DNA from: Patescibacteria group bacterium | GTDB taxonomy: Bacteria; Patescibacteriota; Patescibacteriia; Patescibacteriales; VMTK01 | DNA length: 54,615 nucleotides | Assembly (NCBI GenBank): GCA_018896595.1 | Contig: JAHIME010000003.1 | Location: 1-54,615 of the forward strand | Direction: 5' to 3' | Shown: piece after piece, positions 17,192-27,389 of the stretch | Layout of the letters: each line of letters begins with the position of its first letter | How positions within the stretch are numbered: the first letter of the stretch is position 1 | Position numbers and translations under genes: made by a program | The notes under the pieces: model-generated | Database searches by the model: none | The model's input: only the letters and a program-made list of their open reading frames with translations | What the model was told of the DNA's origin: nothing

Positions 17192-17785
17192 TTACCCGCT
17201 CTTTCTGCGGAAAATTTTCCCTACAAACCCCTTATGGCTCTTGCCTTCTATTTTAGTATGCTTCCCCCTGCCTTCGCCTCTAAGATCAACTATGCTTTTA
17301 TCCTTTTCTGAAGCGGCTTCTTTCTCCTCCATTTTCTCTTTAATCTCCTTTGTTTTATCAATAATCTTAACCTCCCCTTCTTCTTTCGGCTTGCTCTCTA
17401 ATTTAATCGGAGCTTCAATTTTCTGTTTTTTGGCTTGTTTAACTCCGCTTTCTTTAATCTCGGATAAAATTAAATTAATATGGCTGGTTCTTTTGCGCAA
17501 AGGGGTGGCGCGCCCGAAAGCTCTCGGCATCCAGCGGCGCAAGGTTGGTCCCTCATCTACCTTAATTTCTTTAACATATAAATTATCCGGCTCAATTTCA
17601 AAATTATGCTTTGCGTTGGCTACGGCTGAATTAATCAGCTTAACAACCGGCTTAACCGCGAGCTTATTGACAAATTTTAACTGTTCCAAGGCCGCTTGCA
17701 CTTCTTTGCCGCGCGCAACGTCAACCACCAGGCGGACTTTCCTGGGCGACATCTTGATATGTTTTGCCTTGGCTTTAATTTCCAT
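17192..17785 (-). CDS. rplV: 50S ribosomal protein L22 with a K/E-rich C-terminal extension of ~85 aa
   Basis: SPRKVRLVVDVARGK core; total length 197 aa. Confidence 0.92.
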   Translation of the reverse strand: MEIKAKAKHIKMSPRKVRLVVDVARGKEVQAALEQLKFVNKLAVKPVVKLINSAVANAKHNFEIEPDNLYVKEIKVDEGPTLRRWMPRAFGRATPLRKRTSHINLILSEIKESGVKQAKKQKIEAPIKLESKPKEEGEVKIIDKTKEIKEKMEEKEAASEKDKSIVDLRGEGRGKHTKIEGKSHKGFVGKIFRRKSG

Positions 17786-17805
17786 TATATTTTTGAAATT
17801 ATTTT

Positions 17806-18087
17806 TTATGATTTCGCTTGTTCTTTCGCCATCTTTCCGCCGTGGCTGATGAACTTCCTCGTCGGAGCGAATTCTCCCAGCTTATGTCCAACCATATTTT
17901 CAACTATATAAACCGGAACATGCGTTTTGCCGTTATGCACGCCAATAGTAAATCCTACCATCTCCGGAGTAATCGCGCAAGCCCTGTCCCAAACCTTAAT
18001 CACGGTCTTGTCGCCGGGTTTTAAGTCATGGATCTTCTTTAATATTCTTGGATTTACGTATGGCCCTTTTTTTAGACTTCTTGGCAT
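17806..18087 (-). CDS. rpsS: 30S ribosomal protein S19
   Basis: [11 protein letters not shown]...[11 protein letters not shown]. Confidence 0.96.
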   Translation of the reverse strand: MPRSLKKGPYVNPRILKKIHDLKPGDKTVIKVWDRACAITPEMVGFTIGVHNGKTHVPVYIVENMVGHKLGEFAPTRKFISHGGKMAKEQAKS

Positions 18088-18114
18088 AATATTTTAAATT
18101 TATGATTTAAAAAC

Positions 18115-18957
18115 TTATCTTCTCTTTTTTCCTCGTCTCTGTATTATTAATTTATTTGAAAATTTGCTTTTTTTTCTAGTCTTAACGCCTAACGCCGGCT
18201 TGCCCCACTTGGTTTTCGGGCCCTTCAGGCCGATCGGCTGATTGCCTTCACCTCCGCCGTGCGGATGGTCAATCGGATTCATGGCTGTTCCTCTGACAGT
18301 CGGTCTTACTCCCAGATATCTCATTCTGCCCGCCTTGCCTAATATAATATGGCGCTTGTCAGGATTGCTAACTTGGCCCACCGCGCATAAGCATTCTTTC
18401 TTAACCAATCTTATTTCGCCTGAAGGCAGTTTTATCTGCGCGTACTTTCCCTCAACTCCCATAACTTGCGCCAAATTGCCTGCTCCGCGGACGATTTTGC
18501 CGCCCCTGCCCGGCTCAAGCTCAATATTATACACCGCTACGCCAGCGGGAATATATTCAATAGGCATAGCGTTGCCTCTTTTGATTTCAACTTGCTTTTT
18601 TGAACTGATAACGGTTTCACCTACTTTTAAATCAACGGGGGCGATAATGTACCTTTTCTCTCCGTCCTCGTAATTCAGTAAAGCGATTCTTGCTCCGCGG
18701 TTTGGGTCATATTCAATCGCGGCAACACGGGCGGGAATATCAAATTTATCCCTCGTAAAATCAATTTTGCGGATATATCTCTTGGCTCCGCCTCCTCTGT
18801 GCCTAATGGTGATTTTGCCTTGCGCGTTTCTGCCGCCTTGTCTTTTCTTGATAACAATTAAACTTTTTTCCGGCTCTTTTTTGGTGATATCCAAAAAATC
18901 ATCAAAGGTGGCTTGACGTCTTCCCGGTGTTGTCGGTTTTACTTTTTTAATACCCAT
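18115..18957 (-). CDS. rplB: 50S ribosomal protein L2
   Basis: [12 protein letters not shown] motif; 280 aa. Confidence 0.96.
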   Translation of the reverse strand: MGIKKVKPTTPGRRQATFDDFLDITKKEPEKSLIVIKKRQGGRNAQGKITIRHRGGGAKRYIRKIDFTRDKFDIPARVAAIEYDPNRGARIALLNYEDGEKRYIIAPVDLKVGETVISSKKQVEIKRGNAMPIEYIPAGVAVYNIELEPGRGGKIVRGAGNLAQVMGVEGKYAQIKLPSGEIRLVKKECLCAVGQVSNPDKRHIILGKAGRMRYLGVRPTVRGTAMNPIDHPHGGGEGNQPIGLKGPKTKWGKPALGVKTRKKSKFSNKLIIQRRGKKRR

Positions 18958-18973
18958 ATATTAATAATTTTAT

Positions 18974-19414
18974 CTACACGCCTTCGTAAACCTTAATACT
19001 CTCTCCTTCCGGCAGGGTTACAACCGCCTTCTTCCAATCCTTCCTTTTGCCGGCTATTTTGCCGTAACGCGTTTTCTTGCCCTGCATTTTAATTATATTA
19101 ACGCTAACCGGCTTAATGCCGTAAACTTCAATAACCGCTTTGGCTATCTCAATTTTATTGGCTTTCTTGGCAACTTCAAAAATATACTTGTTTTCCGCGT
19201 TCATCACGCTTCCCTTTTCGGTTACCAGCGGCTTAACTAAAACTTTATAAGCATTGCCGTATTTTTTTTCTTTTTTTTCTTGCTTTTTTACCTTATCGCC
19301 CTCGTACAACTCTTTCGTCCCTGTTTTTTTGGCATCGCTAACCTGAACGGATTGCTTAATCTGCCTCTTTTCTTCTTTCTTGCTTTTGGTTATTATTTTA
19401 CTTAATAAACCCAT
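18974..19414 (-). CDS. rplW: 50S ribosomal protein L23 with a ~50-aa N-terminal extension
   Basis: Core VLVKPLVTEKGS...KYIFEV...; operon position. Confidence 0.9.
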   Translation of the reverse strand: MGLLSKIITKSKKEEKRQIKQSVQVSDAKKTGTKELYEGDKVKKQEKKEKKYGNAYKVLVKPLVTEKGSVMNAENKYIFEVAKKANKIEIAKAVIEVYGIKPVSVNIIKMQGKKTRYGKIAGKRKDWKKAVVTLPEGESIKVYEGV

Positions 19415-19421
19415 AAAATAA

Positions 19422-19456
19422 AATTTCTAATTTCTAATTTCTAATTTCTAATTTTT
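19422..19456. repeat. heptamer tandem repeat AATTTCT x4 plus one imperfect copy
   Basis: Fills the rplD-rplW spacer. The reverse-complement unit AGAAATT x4 occurs at 40381-40408. Confidence 0.9.
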
Positions 19457-19475
19457 AAACAATTTTTATTGAAAA

Positions 19476-20177
19476 TTATTTTTTGTATCTTTCTTCCAGT
19501 ATTTTAACCCCCTCAACCGTTAATATCACATTCTTATATTTCAACAAATCCAATATGTTAATATTTTCCAAATTAATTATTTCCACGCCGGCTAAATTTC
19601 TCGCTGAGTATTTAACCTTTTCATCTTTTTTGTCGTTTATAACCAATATGCTTCTCTTAATTTTTTCTTTCTTCGTCTTCTCGCCCTTCTTATCCTCTCC
19701 TCCCTTTAATCCTTTTCCCGCCTCATAAACTTTTTCTTCTAACTTCCTCAACATCTCATTAAATGCCTTGGTTTTAAATTCCTCCATTTCCAATTTATCT
19801 AAAATCACCAAGCTTTTATTAGCAAGCCGATCGGACAATGCCGCGAGCATCGCTTTTTGCTTCATTTTCTTATTAATCTTTTTCTCAAAATTTCTTTCTT
19901 TTGTCGGGCCGAAAGTCACGCCCCCGCCGATCCAGATCGGCGACCTTGACGAGCCGGCTCTGGCTCTGCCCGTGCCCTTCTGCTTCCATGGCTTTTTGCC
20001 GCCGCCTCTAACTTCGCTTCTGTCTTTGGTGTGCGCCAGCACTTGCCTTTCGTTAGCCATTTGCGCGACCATTGCCTGATGTATCAACGCTTCTTTCGCT
20101 TTCACGCCAAAAACCTTATCGGATAGTTCAATTTCTCCCGCATGTTCGGCTTTTTGGTTGTAAATATTTAATTTCAT
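19476..20177 (-). CDS. rplD: 50S ribosomal protein L4
   Basis: RGGGKKPWKQKGTGRARAGS motif. Confidence 0.94.
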   Translation of the reverse strand: MKLNIYNQKAEHAGEIELSDKVFGVKAKEALIHQAMVAQMANERQVLAHTKDRSEVRGGGKKPWKQKGTGRARAGSSRSPIWIGGGVTFGPTKERNFEKKINKKMKQKAMLAALSDRLANKSLVILDKLEMEEFKTKAFNEMLRKLEEKVYEAGKGLKGGEDKKGEKTKKEKIKRSILVINDKKDEKVKYSARNLAGVEIINLENINILDLLKYKNVILTVEGVKILEERYKK

Positions 20178-20179
20178 AT

Positions 20180-20944
20180 TTATTTTTTCTCTTCTTTATT
20201 TTCCGGCTCCGCCACTTTTTCATCTGTGGCTATTCGTCCTTCGTCCGCGGCTATTTGTGTTTCGTCTTTAGCGGCAACTTCCGCATTGTCTTGCGCCGCT
20301 ACCTTTAATTCCCCTTCGCCTGAAATCAACACTAACCCGTTTCTCGCCCCGGGCACAGCCCCCTTGATTAACAATATGTTATTTTCCTTATCAACTTCAA
20401 CAACTTCCAAGTTTTTAGTTGTTACCTGTTCGCCGCCCATTCTTCCGGGCATTCTTACGCCCTTAAAAACATGGGCCGGGCCGGTACAGCCGATTGAACC
20501 GGGCATTCTAAGTTGATCTTTATTGCCGTGAGTCTTGTCCTGTCCGTGAAAGCCGTGCCGTTTCACCACGCCTTGAAATCCTTTGCCCTTGGAAATGCCG
20601 GTAACTTGAATATTATCACCCGCTTCAAACATATTAACATCAATAATATCGCCGCATTCCAACTGGCGTTCTTTGGCGTCATTTGGCGTATTCAGCGAAA
20701 TCCTAAATTCTCTTACATATCTAAAATTATTTTTGCATTTTTTAAAATGCCCCAATTGAGGTTTAGCGATATTCTTTTCTTTTCTCTCGCCAAAACCGAT
20801 TTGGACAGCTTCGTATCTGTCCTTGTCTTTCGTTTTTACCTGCACGACAACACACGGACCAGCCTGAACTTTGGTCACGCCGACAACTTTATCGCCCCTC
20901 CAAACCTGCGTCATATCCAATTTTTTCCCTATGATAAATTTCAT
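20180..20944 (-). CDS. rplC: 50S ribosomal protein L3 with an acidic repeat tail
   Basis: GKKLDMTQVW...GISKGKGFQGVVKRHGF motifs. Confidence 0.94.
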   Translation of the reverse strand: MKFIIGKKLDMTQVWRGDKVVGVTKVQAGPCVVVQVKTKDKDRYEAVQIGFGERKEKNIAKPQLGHFKKCKNNFRYVREFRISLNTPNDAKERQLECGDIIDVNMFEAGDNIQVTGISKGKGFQGVVKRHGFHGQDKTHGNKDQLRMPGSIGCTGPAHVFKGVRMPGRMGGEQVTTKNLEVVEVDKENNILLIKGAVPGARNGLVLISGEGELKVAAQDNAEVAAKDETQIAADEGRIATDEKVAEPENKEEKK

Positions 20945-21215
20945 ACGATTTAAAAATAATAAACTGGTTTTTCAACAAAAACCAGCATTTATTTTTTCTA
21001 CCGAGCTTCAGCTCGGGTTTTGAATGCTTTAGCATTCTGTATCGCCAATAAGCTAAAGCTTATTAAACCCGCTCTAAAGAGCGGTAGAAATTATCGTTTT
21101 TGCTGTTTTAATGTTGAATTTTTAACCTCGCTAATTGTATTAATTCTTATTTCAGCACTTTCCTGCAAGGAGTTGCTGAAACAATTATTAATATATTTTA
21201 ATAAAATTAAGCGAA
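20945..21215 (-). other. highly structured 270-nt spacer between rpsJ and rplC
   Basis: Three structures are visible. (1) Hairpin TTTCAGCA...TGCTGAAA (21150-21181). (2) A 96-nt multi-stem palindrome closed by TTTCTACCG/CGGTAGAAA (20995-21090), with inner stems CGGGTTT/AAACCCG, GAATGCT/AGCATTC and AATAAGCT/AGCTTATT. (3) A terminator-like hairpin CTGGTTTTT-CAAC-AAAAACCAG (20964-20985) with T-runs on both strands. Confidence 0.7.
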
Positions 21216-21581
21216 CTACATCTTTATCTCCACATCCACGCCCGCCGGCAGGCTTAAATTAGTTAACGCTTCAACGGTCTTCGCGGTGGGCTCAACAATA
21301 TCAACCAATCTTTTATGAATCCGCATTTCATATTGATCCCTTGAGTCTTTATGCACAAAGGTTGATTTATTTACGGTATACTTGCTTTTTTCTATCGGCA
21401 AAGGAATCGGGCCGAAAACTTGGGCCCCGCTCCTTTGCGCCGTTTCAATAATCGTCTTGGTTGACTGGTCAATTATCTTATGGTCAAAGGCCTTGATTTT
21501 AATGCGAATTCTCTGCTTGGATTCTTCGCCTGCGCCTTTATCTTTTATATTTTTTTCAACTTTATCTTTTTTTTCCGCCAT
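21216..21581 (-). CDS. rpsJ: 30S ribosomal protein S10
   Basis: [16 protein letters not shown]...[12 protein letters not shown] at 21579-21581; the track ORF starts at a TTG at 21596. Confidence 0.94.
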   Translation of the reverse strand: MAEKKDKVEKNIKDKGAGEESKQRIRIKIKAFDHKIIDQSTKTIIETAQRSGAQVFGPIPLPIEKSKYTVNKSTFVHKDSRDQYEMRIHKRLVDIVEPTAKTVEALTNLSLPAGVDVEIKM

Positions 21582-21657
21582 GTAATTTAATTTCAATAAA
21601 TTTAAATAAACATTACAACCCAGCCCCGGCTTGAAAAACCGGAGCTGGACAAAATAT

Positions 21658-22845
21658 CTACTTTATAATCTTAGTAACAACGCCCGCGCCGACAGTCCTG
21701 CCGCCTTCGCGGATAGCGAATCTTTGCTTTTCTTCCAGCGCGATCGGAGCGATCAGCTTGATTTTCAAATTAACGGTGTCGCCGGGCATAACCATTTCGG
21801 TTCCTTCCGGCAATTCCACTTCTCCGGTTACATCGGTTGTGCGGATATAAAATTGCGGCTTATATCCCTTGAAAAACGGCTTATGCCTTCCGCCTTCTTC
21901 TTTGGTTAAGATATAAACTTCGCCTTCAAATTCAGTATGGGGAGTAAGCGTTCCCGGCTTGGCCAAAACCTGGCCCCTTTCCACTTCGTCCTTTTTCGTG
22001 CCGCGAAGCAAAAGACCCGCGTTATCGCCCGCCCTGCCTTCGTCTAACGATTTGTTAAACATTTCAATGCCGGTAACCACTGTCTTTTTTGTGTCGCTGA
22101 TGCCGATAATTTCAATTTCCTCGTTAATCTTAACGATGCCTCTTTCAATTCTTCCGGTGACAACGGTGCCGCGGCCTTCAATTGAAAAAATGTCTTCAAT
22201 CGGCATAAGAAACGGCTTGTCCGTGTCTCGCTTCGGCTCGGGAATATACTCATCCAACGCCTTGACCAATTCCTCAATTGTTTTGCCGTATTCGCCGCTT
22301 GGATTTTCCAAAGCTTTCAGGGCGCTGCCTCGGATGATCGGCGTTTCATCTCCTGGAAATTCGTATTTTTTCAATAAATCCCTGATTTCTTCTTCCACCA
22401 AATCAATCAAATCCTTGTCTTCAACCATGTCGCACTTGTTCAAATACACCACTATATAAGGCACGCCGACCTGGCGGGCAAGCAAAATGTGCTCCCTTGT
22501 TTGCGGCATAGGGCCGTCGGTAGCCGCCACCACCAATATTGCTCCGTCCATCTGCGCGGCGCCGGTAATCATGTTCTTCACATAATCGGCGTGGCCGGGA
22601 CAGTCAACATGGGCGTAATGCCTTTTTTCGGATTCGTACTCAACGTGGCAAGTGGCGATTGTGATACCGCGCTCTTTTTCTTCGGGCGCGGCGTCAATCT
22701 GATCAACTGATTTTTGAGACGCTCTAAATCCTTTTTCGTGCAATACTTTAAGTATTGCGGCGGTTAAAGTTGTTTTGCCATGATCAACGTGGCCAATAGT
22801 GCCGACATTGATATGGGGTTTTATTCTTTCAAATTTTTCTACCAT
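21658..22845 (-). CDS. tuf: elongation factor Tu
   Basis: [21 protein letters not shown] and NKCD motifs; 395 aa. Confidence 0.98.
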   Translation of the reverse strand: MVEKFERIKPHINVGTIGHVDHGKTTLTAAILKVLHEKGFRASQKSVDQIDAAPEEKERGITIATCHVEYESEKRHYAHVDCPGHADYVKNMITGAAQMDGAILVVAATDGPMPQTREHILLARQVGVPYIVVYLNKCDMVEDKDLIDLVEEEIRDLLKKYEFPGDETPIIRGSALKALENPSGEYGKTIEELVKALDEYIPEPKRDTDKPFLMPIEDIFSIEGRGTVVTGRIERGIVKINEEIEIIGISDTKKTVVTGIEMFNKSLDEGRAGDNAGLLLRGTKKDEVERGQVLAKPGTLTPHTEFEGEVYILTKEEGGRHKPFFKGYKPQFYIRTTDVTGEVELPEGTEMVMPGDTVNLKIKLIAPIALEEKQRFAIREGGRTVGAGVVTKIIK

Positions 22846-22973
22846 AATATTGTCCTCTTACGGCCTCCGGCATAACCGGAGTTATTTGCCCTTTAAAAAT
22901 TATTATTTAATAAAAGGCGGGGCATCCAGCCGTCTTTAATTATTATTAATTATTATAAATATTTAATTTTATT

Positions 22974-23372
22974 TTAAAATTCCACATCTTCCAGATACTG
23001 GCGATCTTCTTCAATAACTTCTAGAGCGGCTTCTTTTATGTCCTTGGGGATGGACCATAAATTGCCTTTGCTGTCCGGTTTCTCTTCGCCAAGCTTATCC
23101 TCAAAAAAATCAAATTTATTCGCTTGCTTGTATTGGACTAAATTTTCCTTGAATTCCCGCTCGCTTTTCCAGACAGCGATATCGCGATTTATTTTATCAA
23201 GCAATTCGTTTTCTGTCAAGCCGCGCACCTCGCTTTTGCCCAAAACCAAATTTTCATAATCTTTTAAGCCCATTATCACATAAGCGCTGTCCTGTTTGGC
23301 GCTGTCAAAAATTATCAGCTTATCGCCGGTTTTTTTTATTAAATCAATCGCTTTTTGGAATTGGCTCTGCAT
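22974..23372 (-). CDS. hypothetical acidic protein
   Basis: 132-aa ORF between fusA and tuf with no recognisable catalytic motif. The N-terminal segment (LIIFDSAKQDSAYVIMGLKDYENL) looks loosely Phd/YefM-like. Confidence 0.55.
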   Translation of the reverse strand: MQSQFQKAIDLIKKTGDKLIIFDSAKQDSAYVIMGLKDYENLVLGKSEVRGLTENELLDKINRDIAVWKSEREFKENLVQYKQANKFDFFEDKLGEEKPDSKGNLWSIPKDIKEAALEVIEEDRQYLEDVEF

Positions 23373-23416
23373 ATTATTAACGGATTAATCCTGATAACAA
23401 ATGAAATTATATTATC

Positions 23417-23445
23417 ATTCTATATTAATTTTTAATGTCCGTCAA
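23417..23445 (-). promoter_or_regulatory. sigma70-like promoter upstream of the 132-aa ORF
   Basis: The minus strand reads TTGACG (23440-23445), a 17-nt spacer, then TAGAAT (23417-23422). Confidence 0.4.
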
Positions 23446-23451
23446 ATATTC

Positions 23452-25539
23452 TTATTTCTTGCCTTCTTCTTTTTTTCCTATAATCCCCTCAGCCACGCTC
23501 CTTGGCACCTCGCTGTAATGCAAAAATTCCATGCTATAACTGGCTCTGCCCTGAGTCATTGACCTTAACTGCGTCGCGTAGCCGAACATTTCAGCCAGCG
23601 GCACTCTCGCTTTAATAACTTTAATATTGGCCCGGTCGGCCATTTCTTCAATCTGCGCCCGCTTTGAATTAAGATCGCCGATTACATCGCCCATAAATTC
23701 TTCGGGGGTAACCACTTCAACCTTCATAACCGGCTCAAGTATGGCCGGGTCCGCCTTTTTAACCGCGCTTTGGAAAGCCATTGATCCGGCGATTTTAAAA
23801 GCCCCTTCGCTTGAATCAACCTCGTGGTATGTGCCGTCAAAAACGGCAACCTTAACGTCAACCATCGGATAACCGGCTAAAACTCCCTTATCCATCGCTT
23901 CCCGCGCTCCCTTATTAACCGCGGAAACATATTCCTTTGGAATAACGCCGCCTTTTATTTCATCGGCGAATTCATAGCCCTTTCCTTCCTCTTGGGGCTC
24001 AACTCTCAGCCAGCAATGGCCGTATTGGCCGCGGCCGCCTGACTGGCGGATATATTTTCCTTCCGCTTCAGCTTGTTTTTTAATGGTTTCGCGATAAGCT
24101 ACCTGCGGCTGGCCCACATTGGCTTCAACTTTAAATTCCCTTTTCATCCTGTCAACGATAATTTCCAAATGTAATTCTCCCATGCCGGAAATAATCGTCT
24201 GCAACGTTTCCTCGTCGCTTCTTACCCTGAAAGTCGGATCTTCTTCAGCCAGTTTGGACAGAGCAACGCCCATCTTTTCCTGGTCGGCTTTGGTTTTCGG
24301 CTCAATCGCCACTGAAATCACCGGCTCGGGAAAAGTTATTGACTCCAATACCACCGGCCTTGACTCGCCGCATAAGGTATTGCCGGTGGTCGTGCTTTTA
24401 AGCCCGATGACCGCGGCAATTTCGCCGGCGTAAACCTCGCCGACTTCTTCGCGATAATTCGCGTGCATCCTTACAATGCGGCCGATTCTTTCTTTGTCGT
24501 TGGTTGAAGTATTTAAAACATAAGAGCCCGATTTTAATACTCCGCTGTAAACCCTGATAAAGCAAAGTTTCCCCACGTAAGGGTCGGTCGCGATCTTGAA
24601 AGCCAAGGCGGCAAACGGCTCGCCGTCATCAGCTTTAACTTCAATCTTCTTTTCTTTGTCTTCGGGATTAAAGCCGACTAAAGGCGGAACATCCAGCGGC
24701 GAAGGCAGATATTCAACCACCGCGTCTAATAAAAACTGCGCGCCTTTATTCTTTAAAGCGCTGCCGCACAGCACCGGCACGATTTTATTGCCGCATACCG
24801 CTTTGCGCAGCTCTTTTTTTAATTCTTCAACGGAGATCTCTTCTCCGGATAAATATTTATTTGTTAATTCTTCATTATTTTCCACAATGGCTTCAACTAA
24901 TTTGCCGCGATATTCCTCGACTTTTTCTTTTATATCCTCGGGTATTTCCGTATCTTCCCATTTAACGCCCAAATCATCAAGATAAATCCTTACTTTTCTT
25001 TCAAGCAAATCTATAATGCCCTTAAATTCGCTCTCAGCCCCAACCGGCAGCTGGACAGGATGCGCGTTCTTGGTCAAGCGCTTGTAAATAGAATCCAAAT
25101 CCGCGTAAAAATCAGCTCCGGTTCTGTCCATTTTATTGATAAAAGCGATGCGCGGCACTTTGTATTTGTCGGCCTGATGCCAGACTGTTTCCGATTGCGG
25201 CTCAACGCCGGCAACGCCGTCAAAAATAACCACGCCGCCGTCAAGCACGCGCAAAGAACGTTCAACCTCGGCGGTGAAATCAACATGGCCGGGGGTATCA
25301 ATTATATTAATCCGGCAATCTTTCCAAAAACAGGTCGTTGCGGCGGATGTTATGGTAATGCCTCGCTCGCGTTCCTGCTCCATCCAATCCATTTCCGCTT
25401 CGCCTTCGTGAACTTCGCCGATTTTATGTTTTTTGCCGGTATAAAAAAGCACCCGTTCAGTAACGGTTGTCTTTCCCGCGTCAATATGGGCGATAATCCC
25501 GATATTTCGTGTTTTTTCAAGTGAATATTCTCTGGGCAT
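23452..25539 (-). CDS. fusA: elongation factor G
   Basis: [17 protein letters not shown] and NKMD motifs; 695 aa. Confidence 0.98.
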   Translation of the reverse strand: MPREYSLEKTRNIGIIAHIDAGKTTVTERVLFYTGKKHKIGEVHEGEAEMDWMEQERERGITITSAATTCFWKDCRINIIDTPGHVDFTAEVERSLRVLDGGVVIFDGVAGVEPQSETVWHQADKYKVPRIAFINKMDRTGADFYADLDSIYKRLTKNAHPVQLPVGAESEFKGIIDLLERKVRIYLDDLGVKWEDTEIPEDIKEKVEEYRGKLVEAIVENNEELTNKYLSGEEISVEELKKELRKAVCGNKIVPVLCGSALKNKGAQFLLDAVVEYLPSPLDVPPLVGFNPEDKEKKIEVKADDGEPFAALAFKIATDPYVGKLCFIRVYSGVLKSGSYVLNTSTNDKERIGRIVRMHANYREEVGEVYAGEIAAVIGLKSTTTGNTLCGESRPVVLESITFPEPVISVAIEPKTKADQEKMGVALSKLAEEDPTFRVRSDEETLQTIISGMGELHLEIIVDRMKREFKVEANVGQPQVAYRETIKKQAEAEGKYIRQSGGRGQYGHCWLRVEPQEEGKGYEFADEIKGGVIPKEYVSAVNKGAREAMDKGVLAGYPMVDVKVAVFDGTYHEVDSSEGAFKIAGSMAFQSAVKKADPAILEPVMKVEVVTPEEFMGDVIGDLNSKRAQIEEMADRANIKVIKARVPLAEMFGYATQLRSMTQGRASYSMEFLHYSEVPRSVAEGIIGKKEEGKK

Positions 25540-25567
25540 AATTATGAAATAAATTAAAAATTACGGT

Positions 25568-26035
25568 TTATCTGGCGAAGTGCGCGAACGCTCTGTTGGC
25601 TTCGGCCATTCTATGGACATCCATTCTTTTTTTCACGGCCGCTCCCTCGCCTCTTGACGCGTCTAAAATTTCGCTTGCCATTTTTTCCGCGAACGGCTTG
25701 CCTTTTCTCGCTCTCGCGGCCTCGATCAGCCAGCGGCAGCCCAGAACAAAACGGCGGTCGCCGCGGACTTGATAAGGTATCTGATAATTGGCGCCGCCAA
25801 CGCGCCTGCCTCTTACTTCAAGCAAAGGGCTTACCTGCTTTAAGGCCTTGTTAAAAATATGCCGCGGGTCCTGCTTGGTTTCTTCTTTAAGAACGTCAAA
25901 ACAGCGATAAACAACTTTTTCCGCGGTGGATTTCTTGCCATCTCGCATAATATAATTGATAAACTTGGCGATATCGGTATCGTTGTACATAGGATCGCCT
26001 TGTATTTTTCGTTTTATCGCTGGTTTTCCTCTCAT
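25568..26035 (-). CDS. rpsG: 30S ribosomal protein S7
   Basis: 155 aa, ...EVRGRRVGGANYQIP... Confidence 0.95.
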   Translation of the reverse strand: MRGKPAIKRKIQGDPMYNDTDIAKFINYIMRDGKKSTAEKVVYRCFDVLKEETKQDPRHIFNKALKQVSPLLEVRGRRVGGANYQIPYQVRGDRRFVLGCRWLIEAARARKGKPFAEKMASEILDASRGEGAAVKKRMDVHRMAEANRAFAHFAR

Positions 26036-26053
26036 AAATAATAAGTTAAAAAA

Positions 26054-26479
26054 TTATTTTTTTGCTTTCTCTCTTTTTGCTCCATAGCAGCTCCTTGACT
26101 GCTTTCTGCCTTCCACTCCCTGCGCATCATAAACGCCGCGTATTACTTTATAGCGGACTCCGGGCAAATCAGGCGTTTTTCCGCCCTTAACTAAAACTAT
26201 GGAATGTTCCTGCAAATTATGGCCGACTCCCGGAATATAGGCGGTAACCTCCATGCCGTTGGACAATCTGACGCGGGCGATTTTGCGCAATGCCGAATTC
26301 GGCTTTTTAGGCGTGGTGGTTGTCACTTTCAAGCATACCCCGCGTTTAAACGAAGCTCCTTTTGGCAGCTTTTTTCTTTTTCTATGCAAAGTATCCAGAG
26401 TTGTCTGCAGAGCCGGCGATTTGCTTTTCTTTTTGGTTGTCGTCCGCCCTTTGCGAACCAATTGATTAATAGTCGGCAT
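26054..26479 (-). CDS. rpsL: 30S ribosomal protein S12
   Basis: [12 protein letters not shown]...[11 protein letters not shown]...DLPGVRY. Confidence 0.96.
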   Translation of the reverse strand: MPTINQLVRKGRTTTKKKSKSPALQTTLDTLHRKRKKLPKGASFKRGVCLKVTTTTPKKPNSALRKIARVRLSNGMEVTAYIPGVGHNLQEHSIVLVKGGKTPDLPGVRYKVIRGVYDAQGVEGRKQSRSCYGAKREKAKK

Positions 26480-26490
26480 ACATAAATATA

Positions 26491-26600
26491 ATTCAAATAC
26501 TACAAATTATATTCAAATACTACAAAAATTTATTATACAGAATAATGAATTCTTATCTATTTCATTTGTAGTATTCGCATACATTTGTAGATTCGCATTA
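26491..26600. repeat. inverted-repeat element built from the ~16-nt motif AT(G/T)C(G/A)AATACTACAAA, locus A
   Basis: Two direct copies (26491-26508, 26511-26530) face two inverted copies (26565-26580, 26584-26600). A minus-strand TATAAT (26532-26537) lies between them. Confidence 0.8.
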
Positions 26601-26681
26601 TTTTAATAAAACAAACCCCGAATAGCCGGGATGTATATAACTTAAATTACTATTTTAATTTAGCAAATTGTTAAAAATAAG

Positions 26682-27389
26682 TCAAGAAGCGCCAACCAGC
26701 AAACTGAACAAAAACAATATAACCGGCCAAATTAAATTAAATAAGCCGAACATCAGCAAAAATAAAATAATGAAAATTCCAAACGGCTCTATCCTGCGGA
26801 ATTTAATTTGCCAGCCCGCCGGCAAAAAGGTCATTAACACTTTTGAGCCGTCAAGCGGCGGAATTGGAATTAAATTAAAAATCATTAACAGCAAATTAAT
26901 GAAAACAACAATAAAAGACATCGCGAAAATGCTGGCGGCGATTGAGCCCTGCATCTGGCTTAATAAAAAATCATTATTGCCCTGGAAAAAATTAATTATT
27001 AAATCTTGTTTTAGCGAAGCGGGCAAAGCCGCGAGCCGCGCAACGATGCCGAATAAAACGGCTAAAATAAAATTCGCGCCCGGGCCGCCAATGGCCACTT
27101 TCAAATCGCCGTATTTTTGGTCGCGCAGATTGTAAGGATTATAAGGAACCGGCTTTGCCCAGCCGATAATAAAGCCGGATTTTGACAAAACTAACAACAA
27201 GGGCAGTAAAATGGAACCGAAAAAATCAAGATGGGCAATCGGATTTAAAGTTAATCTGCCCGCGTCTTTGGCGGTATAATCCCCTAATTTATAAGCGGCC
27301 CAGCCATGGGCGTATTCGTGAATGATGGCTGAAAATATTAAAGCCGCTATTGTAAATAATGTGATTAACATACATAAAATATACCACAC
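26682..27389 (-). CDS. site-2 protease family (M50) zinc metalloprotease
   Basis: HEYAHG (HExxH) in a TM helix; multi-pass membrane protein. The start is either GTG 27389 or ATG 27371. Confidence 0.8.
   Translation of the reverse strand: MWYILCMLITLFTIAALIFSAIIHEYAHGWAAYKLGDYTAKDAGRLTLNPIAHLDFFGSILLPLLLVLSKSGFIIGWAKPVPYNPYNLRDQKYGDLKVAIGGPGANFILAVLFGIVARLAALPASLKQDLIINFFQGNNDFLLSQMQGSIAASIFAMSFIVVFINLLLMIFNLIPIPPLDGSKVLMTFLPAGWQIKFRRIEPFGIFIILFLLMFGLFNLIWPVILFLFSLLVGAS

Noticed and set aside
19422-19456. Tandem repeats at 19422, 40381, 7212 and 2123 considered as possible CRISPR arrays.
   Set aside because: The units are only 7-9 nt with no spacers, and no cas genes are present. These are microsatellites, not CRISPR.
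21020-21262. 80-aa plus-strand ORF in the rpsJ-rplC spacer.
   Set aside because: It overlaps the rpsJ 3' end on the opposite strand and is made up of the palindromic stems. An RNA or DNA structure is the better explanation.
21623-21649. Hairpin CCAGCCCCGG...CCGGAGCTGG between tuf and rpsJ considered as a terminator.
   Set aside because: The stem is imperfect and no U-run follows it on the transcribed strand, so it cannot be called a terminator with confidence.
26054-26479. Apparent ~15-aa insertion in S12 ([20 protein letters not shown]) relative to E. coli.
   Set aside because: B. subtilis-type S12 proteins carry an insertion of similar length at the same position, and the DNA there is not palindromic. 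This is a normal lineage variant.
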